Counted from the first letter of the stretch, positions 9,616 to 20,564 are shown. The stretch: 64,000 nt of DNA from Planctomycetota bacterium (GCA_965223845.1 CBDCXR010000004.1:1216001-1280000); one strand, 5' to 3'. Notes: a model not told the origin generated them from the letters alone. Made by a program: numbers and translations.

Positions 9616-11625
9616 TCAGAGGTGCGCGATGTCGATCGGATCGAGATCGTCCGCCGGTTCGATCCCGAAGACGCGCGCATAAAAGTAGTATTCGGCCTCG
9701 ATCGCGCGCTGGATCGTCTCCGCGCGCCGGAATCCGTGCTGCTCGCCTGCGAACGCGACGTAGGCGTGCGGGAGTCCCTTCGCCTCGAGGGCCGCGACCA
9801 TGCTTTCGGCTTGCGACGGCGGCACGACTTTGTCCTCGAGGCCCTGGAGAAGGATGACGGGACAGGACAGTCGATCCGTAAAGTGAAGCGGTGAGCGCTG
9901 CGCGTAGAGATCCTTCCGCTCGGGATACGGGCCGATCAGCCGATCGAGGTAGCGCGATTCGAACTTGTGCGTCTCTTCGGCGAGCGAGGCGAGCTCGGCG
10001 ACGCCGTAGTAGCTCGCACCGGCGGCGAAAACGTCGTGGAAGACGAGCGCGCACAAGGTCGTATAGCCTCCGGCGCTCCCGCCGCGAATGACGAGGCGGT
10101 CGGGATCGGCGCGTCCACCTCGGGCTAGAAAACGCGCCGCCGCGATGCAATCGTCCGTGTCGGCGATTCCCCAGCGCGAGCGCAAGCTGTCGCGATACGC
10201 GCGTCCGTAGCCGGTGCTCCCGCGGTAATTGACGTCGACAACCGCGAATCCGCGACTCGTCCAGTACTGGACCTTCATGCTGAGCTCGGGCGAGCTGTGT
10301 CCGGTCGGACCCCCGTGGCTCATGACGACGAGGGGAGGCTTCTCGTCGCTCGGTCCGGCGTAGTCGCGGTTCACGGGCGGATAAAAGAACGCGTGGGCGC
10401 TCTGACGCCCGGACGTCGGGAACGTGATCGCCTCGGGCGCCGAGAGGTACGCGGCGTCGTCGGGAAGCGGGAGCGAGCGCCGCAGCACCTCGCGCTCGCC
10501 CGTCCGCGTCTCGAAGCGAACGAGCTCGGTTGCGGCGTAGGGCGACGACGCGAGGAAGTAGAGCGTATCCTCCCCGTCGCTGTGAAGCTCGGCGGACGAG
10601 TACGACGAGTACGGGAGATCGACCGGCGTCCGTTCGCCGCTCGAGCGATCGATGATCTCGAGCGAGTCGGCCCCCTCTCGAGTCGCCACCGCCGCGATTC
10701 GATTCTGCGATAGAAACGCGTAGCGGCTCATCGCGAACACCCATTGCGGCGAGCCGTAGTCCGCGTCGGTGGGCGCGATGGCGCGCGCGCGGGCCGAAGA
10801 ATCTGCGCCCTCGAGCGCGTAGAGATTCCACCAACCGGTCGTGTCGGATATCCAGTGGAGAATTCCGTCTGGACTCCACGCCGGCTGAAATACGGACTCT
10901 TCCGGACCTCCAGCGACACGGCGAGCGTTTCGAAGGACGGCCGCCGGCTCGTCGGCGAGCGTCGAGGGGTCGAAGTCCGCAACCCAGAGCTCCGTCGCAT
11001 CCCACGGCATATCGGGGTGGTTCCAGCTCGTCCAGGCGATCGCGTCGCCGTTCGGCGAGATCCGCGGGTACGAGTAGAAATCGGCGCCGGTCGCGACGAC
11101 GGCCGGCTCGGCCGATCCGTCGGTCGGCATCGCGACGAGCTCGTTCACGGGTTCGCCGTCCGCGCGGTGGCGTTCGCGCACGCAGACGAGCGTCTTGCCG
11201 TCCGCCGTCACGTCGACATCGGCGAAACGATCCGCTCCGGGGGCGCTCGGCTCGGGTGTGATCGGCTCGGGGCGACGGGACGCGTCCCACCGATAGAGAC
11301 GCTGATCCGCGAAGCTTGAGAAATACGACGCCTCTCCGCGGACGACGAACGCGCCGCCGCCGTACTCGTGCGCTCGCGTGCGCACGTTGAACTCTTCGGG
11401 AAGGTCGTCGACGAGCTCGCCGCTCGCGTTCTTGCGCACGATCGCGCAGCGGCCGCCTTCGCTCGGACGCGACTCGATCCAGGCCACCGAACCGTTTGAA
11501 GGACGCACGTGGCTGAGACCGACCCCGGCCGTTGCGAGTGAGCGCGCGGAGATCGGAGATTTCCAGGTGCCGTAGGCTGCGGTCGTGGGCATCGGCGAAG
11601 GCTGCGGGTGTTCGGGCGAGTACAT
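9616..11625 (-). CDS. S9 family peptidase (prolyl oligopeptidase / acylaminoacyl peptidase-like)
   Basis: YGTWKSPI, HGGPT, NYRGSTGYG, nucleophile GGSAGG, QGLEDKVV, GEQHGFR. Confidence 0.93.
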   Translation of the reverse strand: MYSPEHPQPSPMPTTAAYGTWKSPISARSLATAGVGLSHVRPSNGSVAWIESRPSEGGRCAIVRKNASGELVDDLPEEFNVRTRAHEYGGGAFVVRGEASYFSSFADQRLYRWDASRRPEPITPEPSAPGADRFADVDVTADGKTLVCVRERHRADGEPVNELVAMPTDGSAEPAVVATGADFYSYPRISPNGDAIAWTSWNHPDMPWDATELWVADFDPSTLADEPAAVLRNARRVAGGPEESVFQPAWSPDGILHWISDTTGWWNLYALEGADSSARARAIAPTDADYGSPQWVFAMSRYAFLSQNRIAAVATREGADSLEIIDRSSGERTPVDLPYSSYSSAELHSDGEDTLYFLASSPYAATELVRFETRTGEREVLRRSLPLPDDAAYLSAPEAITFPTSGRQSAHAFFYPPVNRDYAGPSDEKPPLVVMSHGGPTGHSSPELSMKVQYWTSRGFAVVDVNYRGSTGYGRAYRDSLRSRWGIADTDDCIAAARFLARGGRADPDRLVIRGGSAGGYTTLCALVFHDVFAAGASYYGVAELASLAEETHKFESRYLDRLIGPYPERKDLYAQRSPLHFTDRLSCPVILLQGLEDKVVPPSQAESMVAALEAKGLPHAYVAFAGEQHGFRRAETIQRAIEAEYYFYARVFGIEPADDLDPIDIAHL

Positions 11626-11860
11626 CGCGCCGCGCGAGCGACGCGAACGGGTCGAGAAGTTCTACCACCTCGCGTCCCGGCGGGACAACGGCGTTCGCTG
11701 GTCGCGGCAGGAGACATGAATCATTCGTTCCTTCCCTGATCTGCTCCGGCGAGTCCGCCCCAGCTACGCGCATGGTTTCTCTGCGTCTACGCCAAGTTTG
11801 ACTGCGGTCGAGCCATGGATCCGGTCGAAGGACGAAAGGAGCGAGCCGCTCGAGTAGACT

Positions 11861-12385
11861 GTGCGTCTCAGCTCGGCCCGAGCCTCTGGTCGGCAATCGA
11901 CCCGAACCAGGAGATCCCTCGTGAACGCCCTCTGGCGCTGCGCGTTCCGCGTCGCCTACTTCCTTCGGCTCTGCTACGGGTTCGTTCTTCGTCCGCCGGT
12001 CCACGGAGCTTACGTCGCGGTTTGGCACGGCGACCGAGTCCTCCTCGTTCGAAACTCCTACCGGCGGAGTGTGAGCTTCCCCGCCGGCGGTCTCCGGGCG
12101 AAGGAGACTCCGCTCGATGCGGCGGTGCGCGAGCTGCGTGAGGAAGTCGGCATTCGCGTTCAACCATCGGAACTCCAGCTCGCGCGCGAAGTGCGGTGCT
12201 GGCAGGAGTTTCACGACAACCACGCGAGTGTGTTCGAGATCCGGTTCGACGAGGCGCCGGCTGTGAACATCGACGACCGGGAAGTCGTCTGGGCGGAGTT
12301 CACCGCGATGGACGAGCTTCCGCGCGAGCGCTTGTGTCCCGTGGCGAAGGAGCATCTTCTCGGCGGCGAGTCGACGGGGATTTGA
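11861..12385 (+). CDS. NUDIX hydrolase
   Basis: Complete Nudix box GGLRAKETPLDAAVRELREEVGI. Start uncertain (GTG 11861 or 11921). Confidence 0.85.
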   Translation: MRLSSARASGRQSTRTRRSLVNALWRCAFRVAYFLRLCYGFVLRPPVHGAYVAVWHGDRVLLVRNSYRRSVSFPAGGLRAKETPLDAAVRELREEVGIRVQPSELQLAREVRCWQEFHDNHASVFEIRFDEAPAVNIDDREVVWAEFTAMDELPRERLCPVAKEHLLGGESTGI

Positions 12386-12661
12386 CGGGATTGAACCGAT
12401 CCGTCGTGTCGAAGACTCGGCGTCGAAACGGAGTCCCTTGTCGGAGCGAGGTTCGCGTACTCGCGTTCTCCCGCGAAGAGATTCACCACGAGAACGGCAA
12501 CGGAGGCGGGGAGAGATCGTCGCCCCCAAGGGAGGTTGAGCTCGCGGAGAAATACTGCGGTACAATGCGCAGTTGATTCGCTGATACGTCGCACCGTGTC
12601 GGTATTCGATCACCGCGAGCACGTGGACTCGCGTCGCCGAACGATCTGTCTGAGGTTACCG

Positions 12662-14017
12662 ATGAATCACTCTGCGTTTTCTCTGCTTGTCGTGCTCACC
12701 GCGGGGACGTCGTCGCTCCTCGCCGACGATTGGCCGCAGTGGGGCGGACCCCAGCGGGACGGCGTGTGGCGCGAGCAGGGGATCGCAAAGTCGCTTCCCG
12801 CGGAGCTCCACTACAAGTGGCGAACGCCGATCGGGGCGGGCTACGCGGGACCGGCGGTCGCGGAGGGACGCGTCTTCGTTACGGATCGACAGCTCGGGAA
12901 GGGAGAGAAGAACCCCGATAACCCGTTTGCCCGCGAGAACGTGCGCGGAACCGAGCGAGTGCTCTGCCTCGATGCCGAAAGCGGTGACGAGATTTGGAAG
13001 CACGAGTATCCGTGCGCCTACGAGGTGAGCTACCCCGCCGGACCGCGTGCGACTCCGACGGTCGCGGACGGTGTCGTCTACGCACTCGGCGCCATGGGGG
13101 ATCTCCACGCGCTCGACGCGAAGACGGGTGACGTCAAGTGGGCTAAGCACTACGTTCGAGACTACGGTACGACCATCAACACTTGGGGAATGTCCGCCGC
13201 ACCTCTCGTCGATGGCGAACGGTTGATCCTCCTCGTCGGCGGAACCGAGAACCGTCTCGTCGTCGCGCTCGACCGCCGAACCGGAAAGCTCCTCTGGAAC
13301 GCGCTCGAAGAGACGGATCCGGGATACGCACCGCCAGTCATCGTCGAGGCGGGCGGAAAGCGCCAGCTCATCATTTGGACCCCCGAGAACGTCCACTCGC
13401 TCGATCCCGCGACGGGGGAGCATTTCTGGACGCAGGCGTTCAAGTGCAATTCGGGGCTGTCGGTCACGATGCCGGTTTTCGATCCTGAACGGCGGCGCCT
13501 CTTCGTCACGACGTTTTACAACGGACCGCTCATGCTCGAGCTCAGCGCTAACACTCCCGCGGCGAAGGTCCTTTGGCGCGGGAAGAGTAAGAGCGAGCAG
13601 AAGACCGACGGCCTCCACGCGATCATGTGTACTCCGATCCTCGCGAGTGAGACGATCTACGGCGTCTGCAGCTACGGGCAGCTTCGGGGTCTGAAAGCCG
13701 GTACGGGAGAGCGGCTTTGGGAGACGCGCGCGGCGACCGGAGAAGGTCGCTGGTGGAACGCATTTCTCGTCCGTCACGAGAATCGCGTGTTGATCGCGAA
13801 CGAGCAGGGCGAGCTCATCGTCGCAAGGCTCACGCCCGCGGGCTATCAGGAGATCAGCCGGTCGAAGCTGATCGAGCCGACCCGCAAGGTGCGCCGGCGC
13901 ATGACGGTGTGGTCCCATCCCGCGTTCGCGCGAAAGAGCGTGTTTGCGCGAAATGACAACGAGATCGTGTGCGCGGACTTGAGCGCGGCAGCTCAGGGGG
14001 AGACGGCGGGGCAGTAA
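12662..14017 (+). CDS. PQQ-like/BamB-like beta-propeller protein (planctomycete type), secreted
   Basis: Signal peptide then DDWPQWGGPQRDG, GPRATP, repeated LDAxTGxxxW blades, terminal WSHPA. Start at ATG 12662. Confidence 0.88.
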   Translation: MNHSAFSLLVVLTAGTSSLLADDWPQWGGPQRDGVWREQGIAKSLPAELHYKWRTPIGAGYAGPAVAEGRVFVTDRQLGKGEKNPDNPFARENVRGTERVLCLDAESGDEIWKHEYPCAYEVSYPAGPRATPTVADGVVYALGAMGDLHALDAKTGDVKWAKHYVRDYGTTINTWGMSAAPLVDGERLILLVGGTENRLVVALDRRTGKLLWNALEETDPGYAPPVIVEAGGKRQLIIWTPENVHSLDPATGEHFWTQAFKCNSGLSVTMPVFDPERRRLFVTTFYNGPLMLELSANTPAAKVLWRGKSKSEQKTDGLHAIMCTPILASETIYGVCSYGQLRGLKAGTGERLWETRAATGEGRWWNAFLVRHENRVLIANEQGELIVARLTPAGYQEISRSKLIEPTRKVRRRMTVWSHPAFARKSVFARNDNEIVCADLSAAAQGETAGQ

Positions 14018-14058
14018 TTCGAGCGCGCTCGGAGCCGGTTCGACGGTCGCGAGCGAAG

Positions 14059-14871
14059 CTAACCCGAGATCTCCGCGAGCAGTTCCTTCGCCCGCGCGAC
14101 CCACTCCGCGTGCGCCTTCTCCTCACCGGGGGGTGCGGCCGATCGAAGGGCCGCCGACAGGTGCCCGTGGGCGTCCGAGTAACGGTCGTCTTCAACGAGC
14201 GCTTCGCCGTACGCGAGTTGATTCGCCCCGTACGCGGGCGCGAGGTCGACCGCCGTCTTGAGATGGAGGAGGGCGTCGTCGAGCGTGCCGATCGAGAAGA
14301 CCGGATTGGCCTCGGTACGCAGGAAGAGGAGGCCGAGGAAGCGGTGGGGGCCGGCGTGATCGAAGCGAGGATCGAGCTCGATGCTCTGCTCGGCGAGTCT
14401 CCGCATGAGCTTGACGTAGTCGTACGTCGAATAGAGCTCGCTCAAGCGGCCGAGGGCGACGGCGTAGAAATACGGGGCCTCGACGCGCTCGGAACCGCGT
14501 CGGACCGCGTCCCGCCCGATCGACACGCCCTGCATCGCCGCATCTTCGCGATCCTTCTTCTTCGGGAGGTGCTCGGCGAGCCACGCGCAGGCGCGCACCG
14601 CTCGCCACTGGATCTCGTCGCGACTCCGATCGTTGATCGAGCTGAGCGCGATCGCGAGCGAGTGCGCGACGCGCTCCGGGGTTCGCGGCGGGGCGTAGAA
14701 TTGATCGATCGATCGGATCGCTTCGCGGATCTGGCCGGCTTGGATGTCGGACTCGGCCGGGGAGAACGAGTCGATCTCCGGCCCACTGCAGCCCGCGAGG
14801 GCGGCGAGGATCGTTGTGAGGCACGCGCCTGAGAGTCGGCGCACCACCCGCGATCGCTTTTGAGGGTTCAT
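14059..14871 (-). CDS. TPR lipoprotein, TatT/BstC-like
   Basis: Lipobox LAG-C. TPR-like helices and the segment LDPRFDHAGPHRFLGLLF..SIG..A..HL..A. Confidence 0.65.
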   Translation of the reverse strand: MNPQKRSRVVRRLSGACLTTILAALAGCSGPEIDSFSPAESDIQAGQIREAIRSIDQFYAPPRTPERVAHSLAIALSSINDRSRDEIQWRAVRACAWLAEHLPKKKDREDAAMQGVSIGRDAVRRGSERVEAPYFYAVALGRLSELYSTYDYVKLMRRLAEQSIELDPRFDHAGPHRFLGLLFLRTEANPVFSIGTLDDALLHLKTAVDLAPAYGANQLAYGEALVEDDRYSDAHGHLSAALRSAAPPGEEKAHAEWVARAKELLAEISG

Positions 14872-15058
14872 GCTCGGTTCTTAGCGCCCGCAGCCGGAAG
14901 ATGCAAGATCGCGACCGAATCTCCCGTGACGGGCACGACTCTTTCCAATTCGAGAGTCGTCGCTAAGAATCGACTCGCGCGATCGTCATCATCGATAGAG
15001 CGAAGCCGCGACGGACGTACGGCTCGGTCCGCGCCACAAGCGACTCGGGAGAAGCAGC

Positions 15059-16186
15059 ATGGGTGAGCGGAGATTCTCGTTCCCGTCGGGGTGGGTGGTC
15101 GTCGTCGCGTTCGCGCTCAGCGCCTCGGCGATGGGCGAGGAATTGCTCGAGTTCCCGGCGAAACCCGTGGACAGCGGGCTCGGTGCGTTCGCGAAAGCGA
15201 TCGACGGAATTCACGCAAAGGCCGTGCGGGCGAGGAAGCCGTGGACCGAAGCTGAGCTCCGCGCGCGAGTTCCGAAGCGGTATCTGAGGCTCGATGATCG
15301 CTACGCCCGGATCAAGAACCCGGCTCAGAAGGCGCGCGCCCTCGCCGAGCTCGCGCTACTCTACGCGGAGCTCGCGTGGACGGAGCGAATCCGGCCGATT
15401 CGCGAGACCCTGGCGTCACTCGACGAGCCGCTCGCCGCTCGACTCGGCGACTTTCAAGAGTCCGAGCACTTCGTCGCGCGCGTGGTCGGCGCGGAACCCA
15501 AGTGGGGAAAGGCAGCGCTCAGGCTCGCCGAAGCCGCACGGAAGGGCTACCTCGAGCGCTTCGGCTTCACCGCGGTGAGCAAGACGCCGGGGAAGAAGAT
15601 CCGGATCCTCATCCACGTGAATCCAGAGCTCAAACGGTCACGTCTCTATTTCCACCCGTCACCGCGCTACCACTCCGAGCTCCGCTTCGAGGTCCCGAGC
15701 GAGAAGTCCCTGACGCGCGCCGGAAAGCAGCGCATCGTCTACGGCTTCTGCCACGAGCTCGGGCACATGGTCGCGATGTGGGGAAAGTACCGCGTCGTCG
15801 AGGATGACAAGCACGCCTGGGCGCATTACACCGGCGCTCTCGTCGTCGAAGACGTCTACGACGAGCTCGGGAACGAACCCTGGCCGACCTGGACGGCGTT
15901 CCAACGAAAGGCGAGCGGTCGCGCGCGGCTCGTCGGTCAGGTCGAAGGTCGGAAGCCGGGGACGGACTCCTACGAATCCATCCTCGCGCTCTTCTACGCG
16001 ATCGGAGAAGAGTTCGGCACGGAGAGCTACGGTAAAGCGTGGTCGTGGCTCGAAAAGAAAAAGCGCTTCCGCCGGCTCAACCGAGTGCCTTACCTATGGC
16101 TCCGGGATCTCGAAGCCGCGCTGCTCGCAACCGTCCCGCGGGAGAATGCGGCGCGGGTCCGAGAGCTTTTCGGATCGAAGCGCTGA
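15059..16186 (+). CDS. Secreted putative zinc metallopeptidase (HExxH)
   Basis: Signal peptide and FCHELGH, followed ~15 aa later by KHAWAHY. Confidence 0.6.
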   Translation: MGERRFSFPSGWVVVVAFALSASAMGEELLEFPAKPVDSGLGAFAKAIDGIHAKAVRARKPWTEAELRARVPKRYLRLDDRYARIKNPAQKARALAELALLYAELAWTERIRPIRETLASLDEPLAARLGDFQESEHFVARVVGAEPKWGKAALRLAEAARKGYLERFGFTAVSKTPGKKIRILIHVNPELKRSRLYFHPSPRYHSELRFEVPSEKSLTRAGKQRIVYGFCHELGHMVAMWGKYRVVEDDKHAWAHYTGALVVEDVYDELGNEPWPTWTAFQRKASGRARLVGQVEGRKPGTDSYESILALFYAIGEEFGTESYGKAWSWLEKKKRFRRLNRVPYLWLRDLEAALLATVPRENAARVRELFGSKR

Positions 16187-16210
16187 GTGGGTTCCGGATT
16201 CGGACGAGTA

Positions 16211-16392
16211 AGATTGCACACGAAGTTCGCGAAGCGCGCGAACGAACACGAAGAAGATATCGAGATCGGGAGGCGCCAGTCGCGAAGAACCGTCGACGAC
16301 CGCGAGGACAGAGAGAATCGTCAAATCAACTCTCTCTCTTTCTCTCTCTCCTTCGTCTTTCTTCGCTGTCTTCGCGAACTTCGTGTGAATCT
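16211..16392. repeat. Long imperfect inverted repeat (REP/MITE-like) with ~9-nt periodic arms
   Basis: CACACGAAGTTCGCGAAG (16217-16234) is the exact reverse complement of 16370-16387. Arms extend imperfectly to ~45 bp. Lies between convergent genes. Confidence 0.8.
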
Positions 16393-16400
16393 CTTTCTCC

Positions 16401-17711
<1,311 letters not shown>

Positions 17712-17777
17712 GGTAGAGACTCCTAACTCTCTCAGTCGGCGCGCGTTCGTGCGCGCGTCCCAGTGGTTCGTAATCTG

Positions 17778-17822
17778 ATCTCGATGCGCGATCCATCGTC
17801 GTCGCAGCGAGCGCATCGAGAT
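17778..17822. other. 12-bp stem hairpin between the regulator and ahcY
   Basis: ATCTCGATGCGC (17778-17789) pairs with GCGCATCGAGAT (17811-17822). Confidence 0.5.
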
Positions 17823-17838
17823 TCGTTCGTGCTTCCGG

Positions 17839-18810
17839 CTATTCCTTACTTCGTGACTCTCTCCCTCCTCCTTCCGAGGATTTCTCGCCGCTCCGAGCCG
17901 CGACGAGGAGGACCGCCGGGTGTCCGGCGCCGCCGTCGAGTTCTCGGAACTCTTCGATCTCGAAATCCGCGTCCGCCAGCCACCCGGTCATGGTCTCGCG
18001 CTCGAAGCCGAGCCACAGATCGCCGAGCTCGTCGCGATAAGACTCTTCCTCGTGAGCGGCGAGATCGGCGACGACGAAACGTCCCCCGGGGCGGAGCGCG
18101 CGCCGGGCTTCGCGGAGGGCGTCCGCGGGTCGCGCGACGTGGTGGAGCACCATATTCGCGACGACGGCGTCGGCCACGCGATCCGGCACCGGCAAGTGCT
18201 CGAGCGTGCCGAGTCTCAGCTCGACGTTTTCGAGTCCCCGCTCGGCGACGCTTTGACGCGCCCTCCGGAGCATCTCGGGGGAGCCGTCGATTCCGATGAC
18301 CGACTGCGCCCCGGCGCTCAACCGCGCGAGGAGGACTCCCGTTCCGGTGCCGAGATCGACGACGGTGCGAGCACCGGCGACTCGGTCGACGACGACGTCG
18401 AGGTACTCGGGCGGTCCCTGCACGCTGTCGCGGTGGGCGTCCCAATCGTCTGCCACGCGACCGAAGAATTCGGCGGCCGATTCACGCCGTCGGTCGAGGC
18501 ACGCCTCGAGCTCGGCTTGATCCTCGGCGGGCGCGGCGAGCTCGCGCGCGAGAATGCGGAGGAAGCGGCGGCCGTCCGCTCGCCCCGCCCAAGACGTCGC
18601 GAGGCGGTAGTAGACCCACATCCCCTCGCGCCGACTCTCGACGAGTCCTGCCTCCGCGAGGATCTTCAGATGGCGCGAGACTCTCGACTGACCGATCCGT
18701 AGGATCTGCGTCAGCTCGTGAACGTTGAACGGACACGAGCGCAAAACGCCGAGGATCCGGAGACGGGTCTCGTCGGCGAGCGCCTTGAAGGTTGGGACCT
18801 GTTCGGACAT
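17839..18810 (-). CDS. sahR: ArsR-family HTH fused to SAM-methyltransferase-like sensor domain (SahR-like regulator of SAM cycle genes)
   Basis: [34 protein letters not shown] (ArsR) plus [14 protein letters not shown]. Directly upstream of ahcY. Start 18810 or 18816. Confidence 0.82.
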   Translation of the reverse strand: MSEQVPTFKALADETRLRILGVLRSCPFNVHELTQILRIGQSRVSRHLKILAEAGLVESRREGMWVYYRLATSWAGRADGRRFLRILARELAAPAEDQAELEACLDRRRESAAEFFGRVADDWDAHRDSVQGPPEYLDVVVDRVAGARTVVDLGTGTGVLLARLSAGAQSVIGIDGSPEMLRRARQSVAERGLENVELRLGTLEHLPVPDRVADAVVANMVLHHVARPADALREARRALRPGGRFVVADLAAHEEESYRDELGDLWLGFERETMTGWLADADFEIEEFRELDGGAGHPAVLLVAARSGEKSSEGGGRESRSKE

Positions 18811-18811
18811 A

Positions 18812-18837
18812 GCCATATCAGGATATCTTGATATGGC
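18812..18837. promoter_or_regulatory. Palindromic operator, probable SahR autoregulatory site
   Basis: GCCATATCAGGATATCTTGATATGGC: 26-bp AT-rich palindrome with one mismatched pair, at the regulator start. Confidence 0.8.
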
Positions 18838-18847
18838 CGTCTGTCAA
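18820..18847 (-). promoter_or_regulatory. Sigma70-type promoter of sahR-ahcY
   Basis: Minus strand reads TTGACA (18847-18842), 16 nt spacer, TATCCT (18825-18820), then 9 nt to ATG 18810. Confidence 0.6.
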
Positions 18848-18883
18848 CGTCGGATACCGCGGGAAAATCGGGTCGGGGAGGCG

Positions 18884-19594
18884 ATGGCGGAAAACGTGAC
18901 GGACACTCCGGCGGCGAGGCCCGTCGGACTGCGGCGGTTCTTTGGATTCTTCTTCCGTCCCCGGCGAATCTGGGTCCCGCGGTGGTACACCACGGCCGGT
19001 GCCCTTCTCTTGTCGGCGGCTCTGTTCGCGTGGGTCGTCAGTTCGCTCTACTCGTTTCTCGCGGTCTCCGAGGGGCCGCGCGGCGATCTCCTCGTCGTCG
19101 AAGGGTGGATTCCCGATCACGCCCTTCGCGCCTCGGCGGACGAGTTCGACCGCGGCGGCTACCGCTACGTGTGTGCGACCGGCGGGCCGCTCGTCCGTGG
19201 CAGCGGACTCGTCGACTTCGAGACGTTTGCCGATCTCGCCGGGGCGGTCCTCCTCGATCTCGGGGCGGCGAGAGCGCAGCTCGTTGTCGCTCCCGCACCG
19301 GCCGTCGCTCGCCGTCGCTCGTACCAATCGGCGCTCTCTCTGCGGGGGAAACTGACCGAGCTGGGAATCCAGCCGAGATCGCTGACGATCGCGACGCTCG
19401 GACCCCACGCGCGGAGGAGCCGCCTCATGTATGAGCGCGTATTCGGGGAGGGAGTTTCGGTGGGAGTGCTCGCGATGAGACCGGAGAGCTACGATCCTGA
19501 CTCGTGGTGGCGCTCTAGCGCCGGAGCGAAGGCCGTTCTCATGGAGGCGATCGCGTACATCGTCGAACGGTTCTCGTCGCCTCCTCTCGAGTAA
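18884..19594 (+). CDS. YdcF/ElyC (DUF218)-like membrane-anchored protein
   Basis: One N-terminal TM, then LVVEGWIPD, ATGGP, HARRSRL, WWRSS..K..E. Confidence 0.75.
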   Translation: MAENVTDTPAARPVGLRRFFGFFFRPRRIWVPRWYTTAGALLLSAALFAWVVSSLYSFLAVSEGPRGDLLVVEGWIPDHALRASADEFDRGGYRYVCATGGPLVRGSGLVDFETFADLAGAVLLDLGAARAQLVVAPAPAVARRRSYQSALSLRGKLTELGIQPRSLTIATLGPHARRSRLMYERVFGEGVSVGVLAMRPESYDPDSWWRSSAGAKAVLMEAIAYIVERFSSPPLE

Positions 19595-19640
19595 GGAGCC
19601 CGCAGAATTCGCGCGAGGGCGCGACCGCTGAGCGTCGGAC

Positions 19641-20564
19641 TCAGGAGTCGCCGCGGTCGACGTCCGTCTCGGCCGACGGAGCCGCGTCCGCCGGGGGATT
19701 GCGGTACGCCTCGATAACGGCGCTATTGTCCGCTGGTCCGAAGCCGCGCCGGATCGCTTCGTCGAGAAGATCGAGGTGTGCGGCGGATAGCGGCAGAATC
19801 GCCCCCTTCGCGCGTGCTTGCGCGAGGATCAGGTCGACGTCCTTGCGATGCTGAGAGAGACGCGCCTCGGTCGCGAAATCCCGGTCGACCATCTTGAGCC
19901 CCTTCGTGTCCATGATCCGCGAGTACGCGAGCGTACCCATGAGTACGTGGAGCGCCGTCGATGCGTCGAGCCCGAGTTCCTCGGCAAAGTGGAGCCCCTC
20001 CGCGAGCGCGGCACGATTGAGGCCGAGAACGAGATTACAGACGAGCTTCATCTGCGCGCCCGCGCCCGGCGGGCCGACGTGAATGGCCCGACGAGAGATC
20101 GCGCCGAGAAGCTCCGTCACTGCGTCGAAGGCGGAACTGGTCCCGCCGGCGAGAACGACGATGTCGCCCGAGCGAGCTTGGGCGCTCGAGCCGACAACCG
20201 TCGCGTCCAGAAACCGGACGCCGAGCGACGCCAGATCCGTCGCGAACGCGACGCTGTCATCCGGCGAACCGGTCGTGGTATCGACGACGATGTGTTCCGC
20301 GCGAAGAGAAGGGCGTATCTCCGCGAGTACGCCCCGAACGGAGTCGCTCGTCGGGAGGCTGAGAAGGAGGCGATTCGCGCGGGAGGCGACTTCGTGCGCA
20401 TCACGCCCGACTCGTGCACCTAGGGCGGCCGCGCGCTCGCGAGCGACCTCGCTCCGGTCGAACACGTCGAGCGACCAGCCGGCCGTGAGAAGGCGCTCGC
20501 CGAGGGCGGACCCGAGGAGGCCGAAGCCCACGATCCCGACCGAAGATCGCGGTGGGGCGTTCAT
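19641..20564 (-). CDS. NAD(P)-dependent oxidoreductase, 3-hydroxyisobutyrate dehydrogenase family
   Basis: VGIVGFGLLG, FLDATVVGS, MKLVCN, KDVDLIL, DNSAV. Start at ATG 20564. Confidence 0.9.
   Translation of the reverse strand: MNAPPRSSVGIVGFGLLGSALGERLLTAGWSLDVFDRSEVARERAAALGARVGRDAHEVASRANRLLLSLPTSDSVRGVLAEIRPSLRAEHIVVDTTTGSPDDSVAFATDLASLGVRFLDATVVGSSAQARSGDIVVLAGGTSSAFDAVTELLGAISRRAIHVGPPGAGAQMKLVCNLVLGLNRAALAEGLHFAEELGLDASTALHVLMGTLAYSRIMDTKGLKMVDRDFATEARLSQHRKDVDLILAQARAKGAILPLSAAHLDLLDEAIRRGFGPADNSAVIEAYRNPPADAAPSAETDVDRGDS

Noticed and set aside
11716-11739. AGGAG followed by a 7-codon ORF (MNHSFLP)
   Set aside because: Too short to support, with no attenuator structure or evidence of conservation.
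9557-12622. 1021-aa Arg-rich minus-strand ORF
   Set aside because: Alternate frame over the S9 peptidase and antisense to the NUDIX gene; typical high-GC stop depletion.
17712-17838. SAH or SAM riboswitch upstream of ahcY
   Set aside because: Only a GCTGCGAC fragment resembles the SAH motif and the GAGGAGCG element is absent; a protein regulator with an operator explains control.
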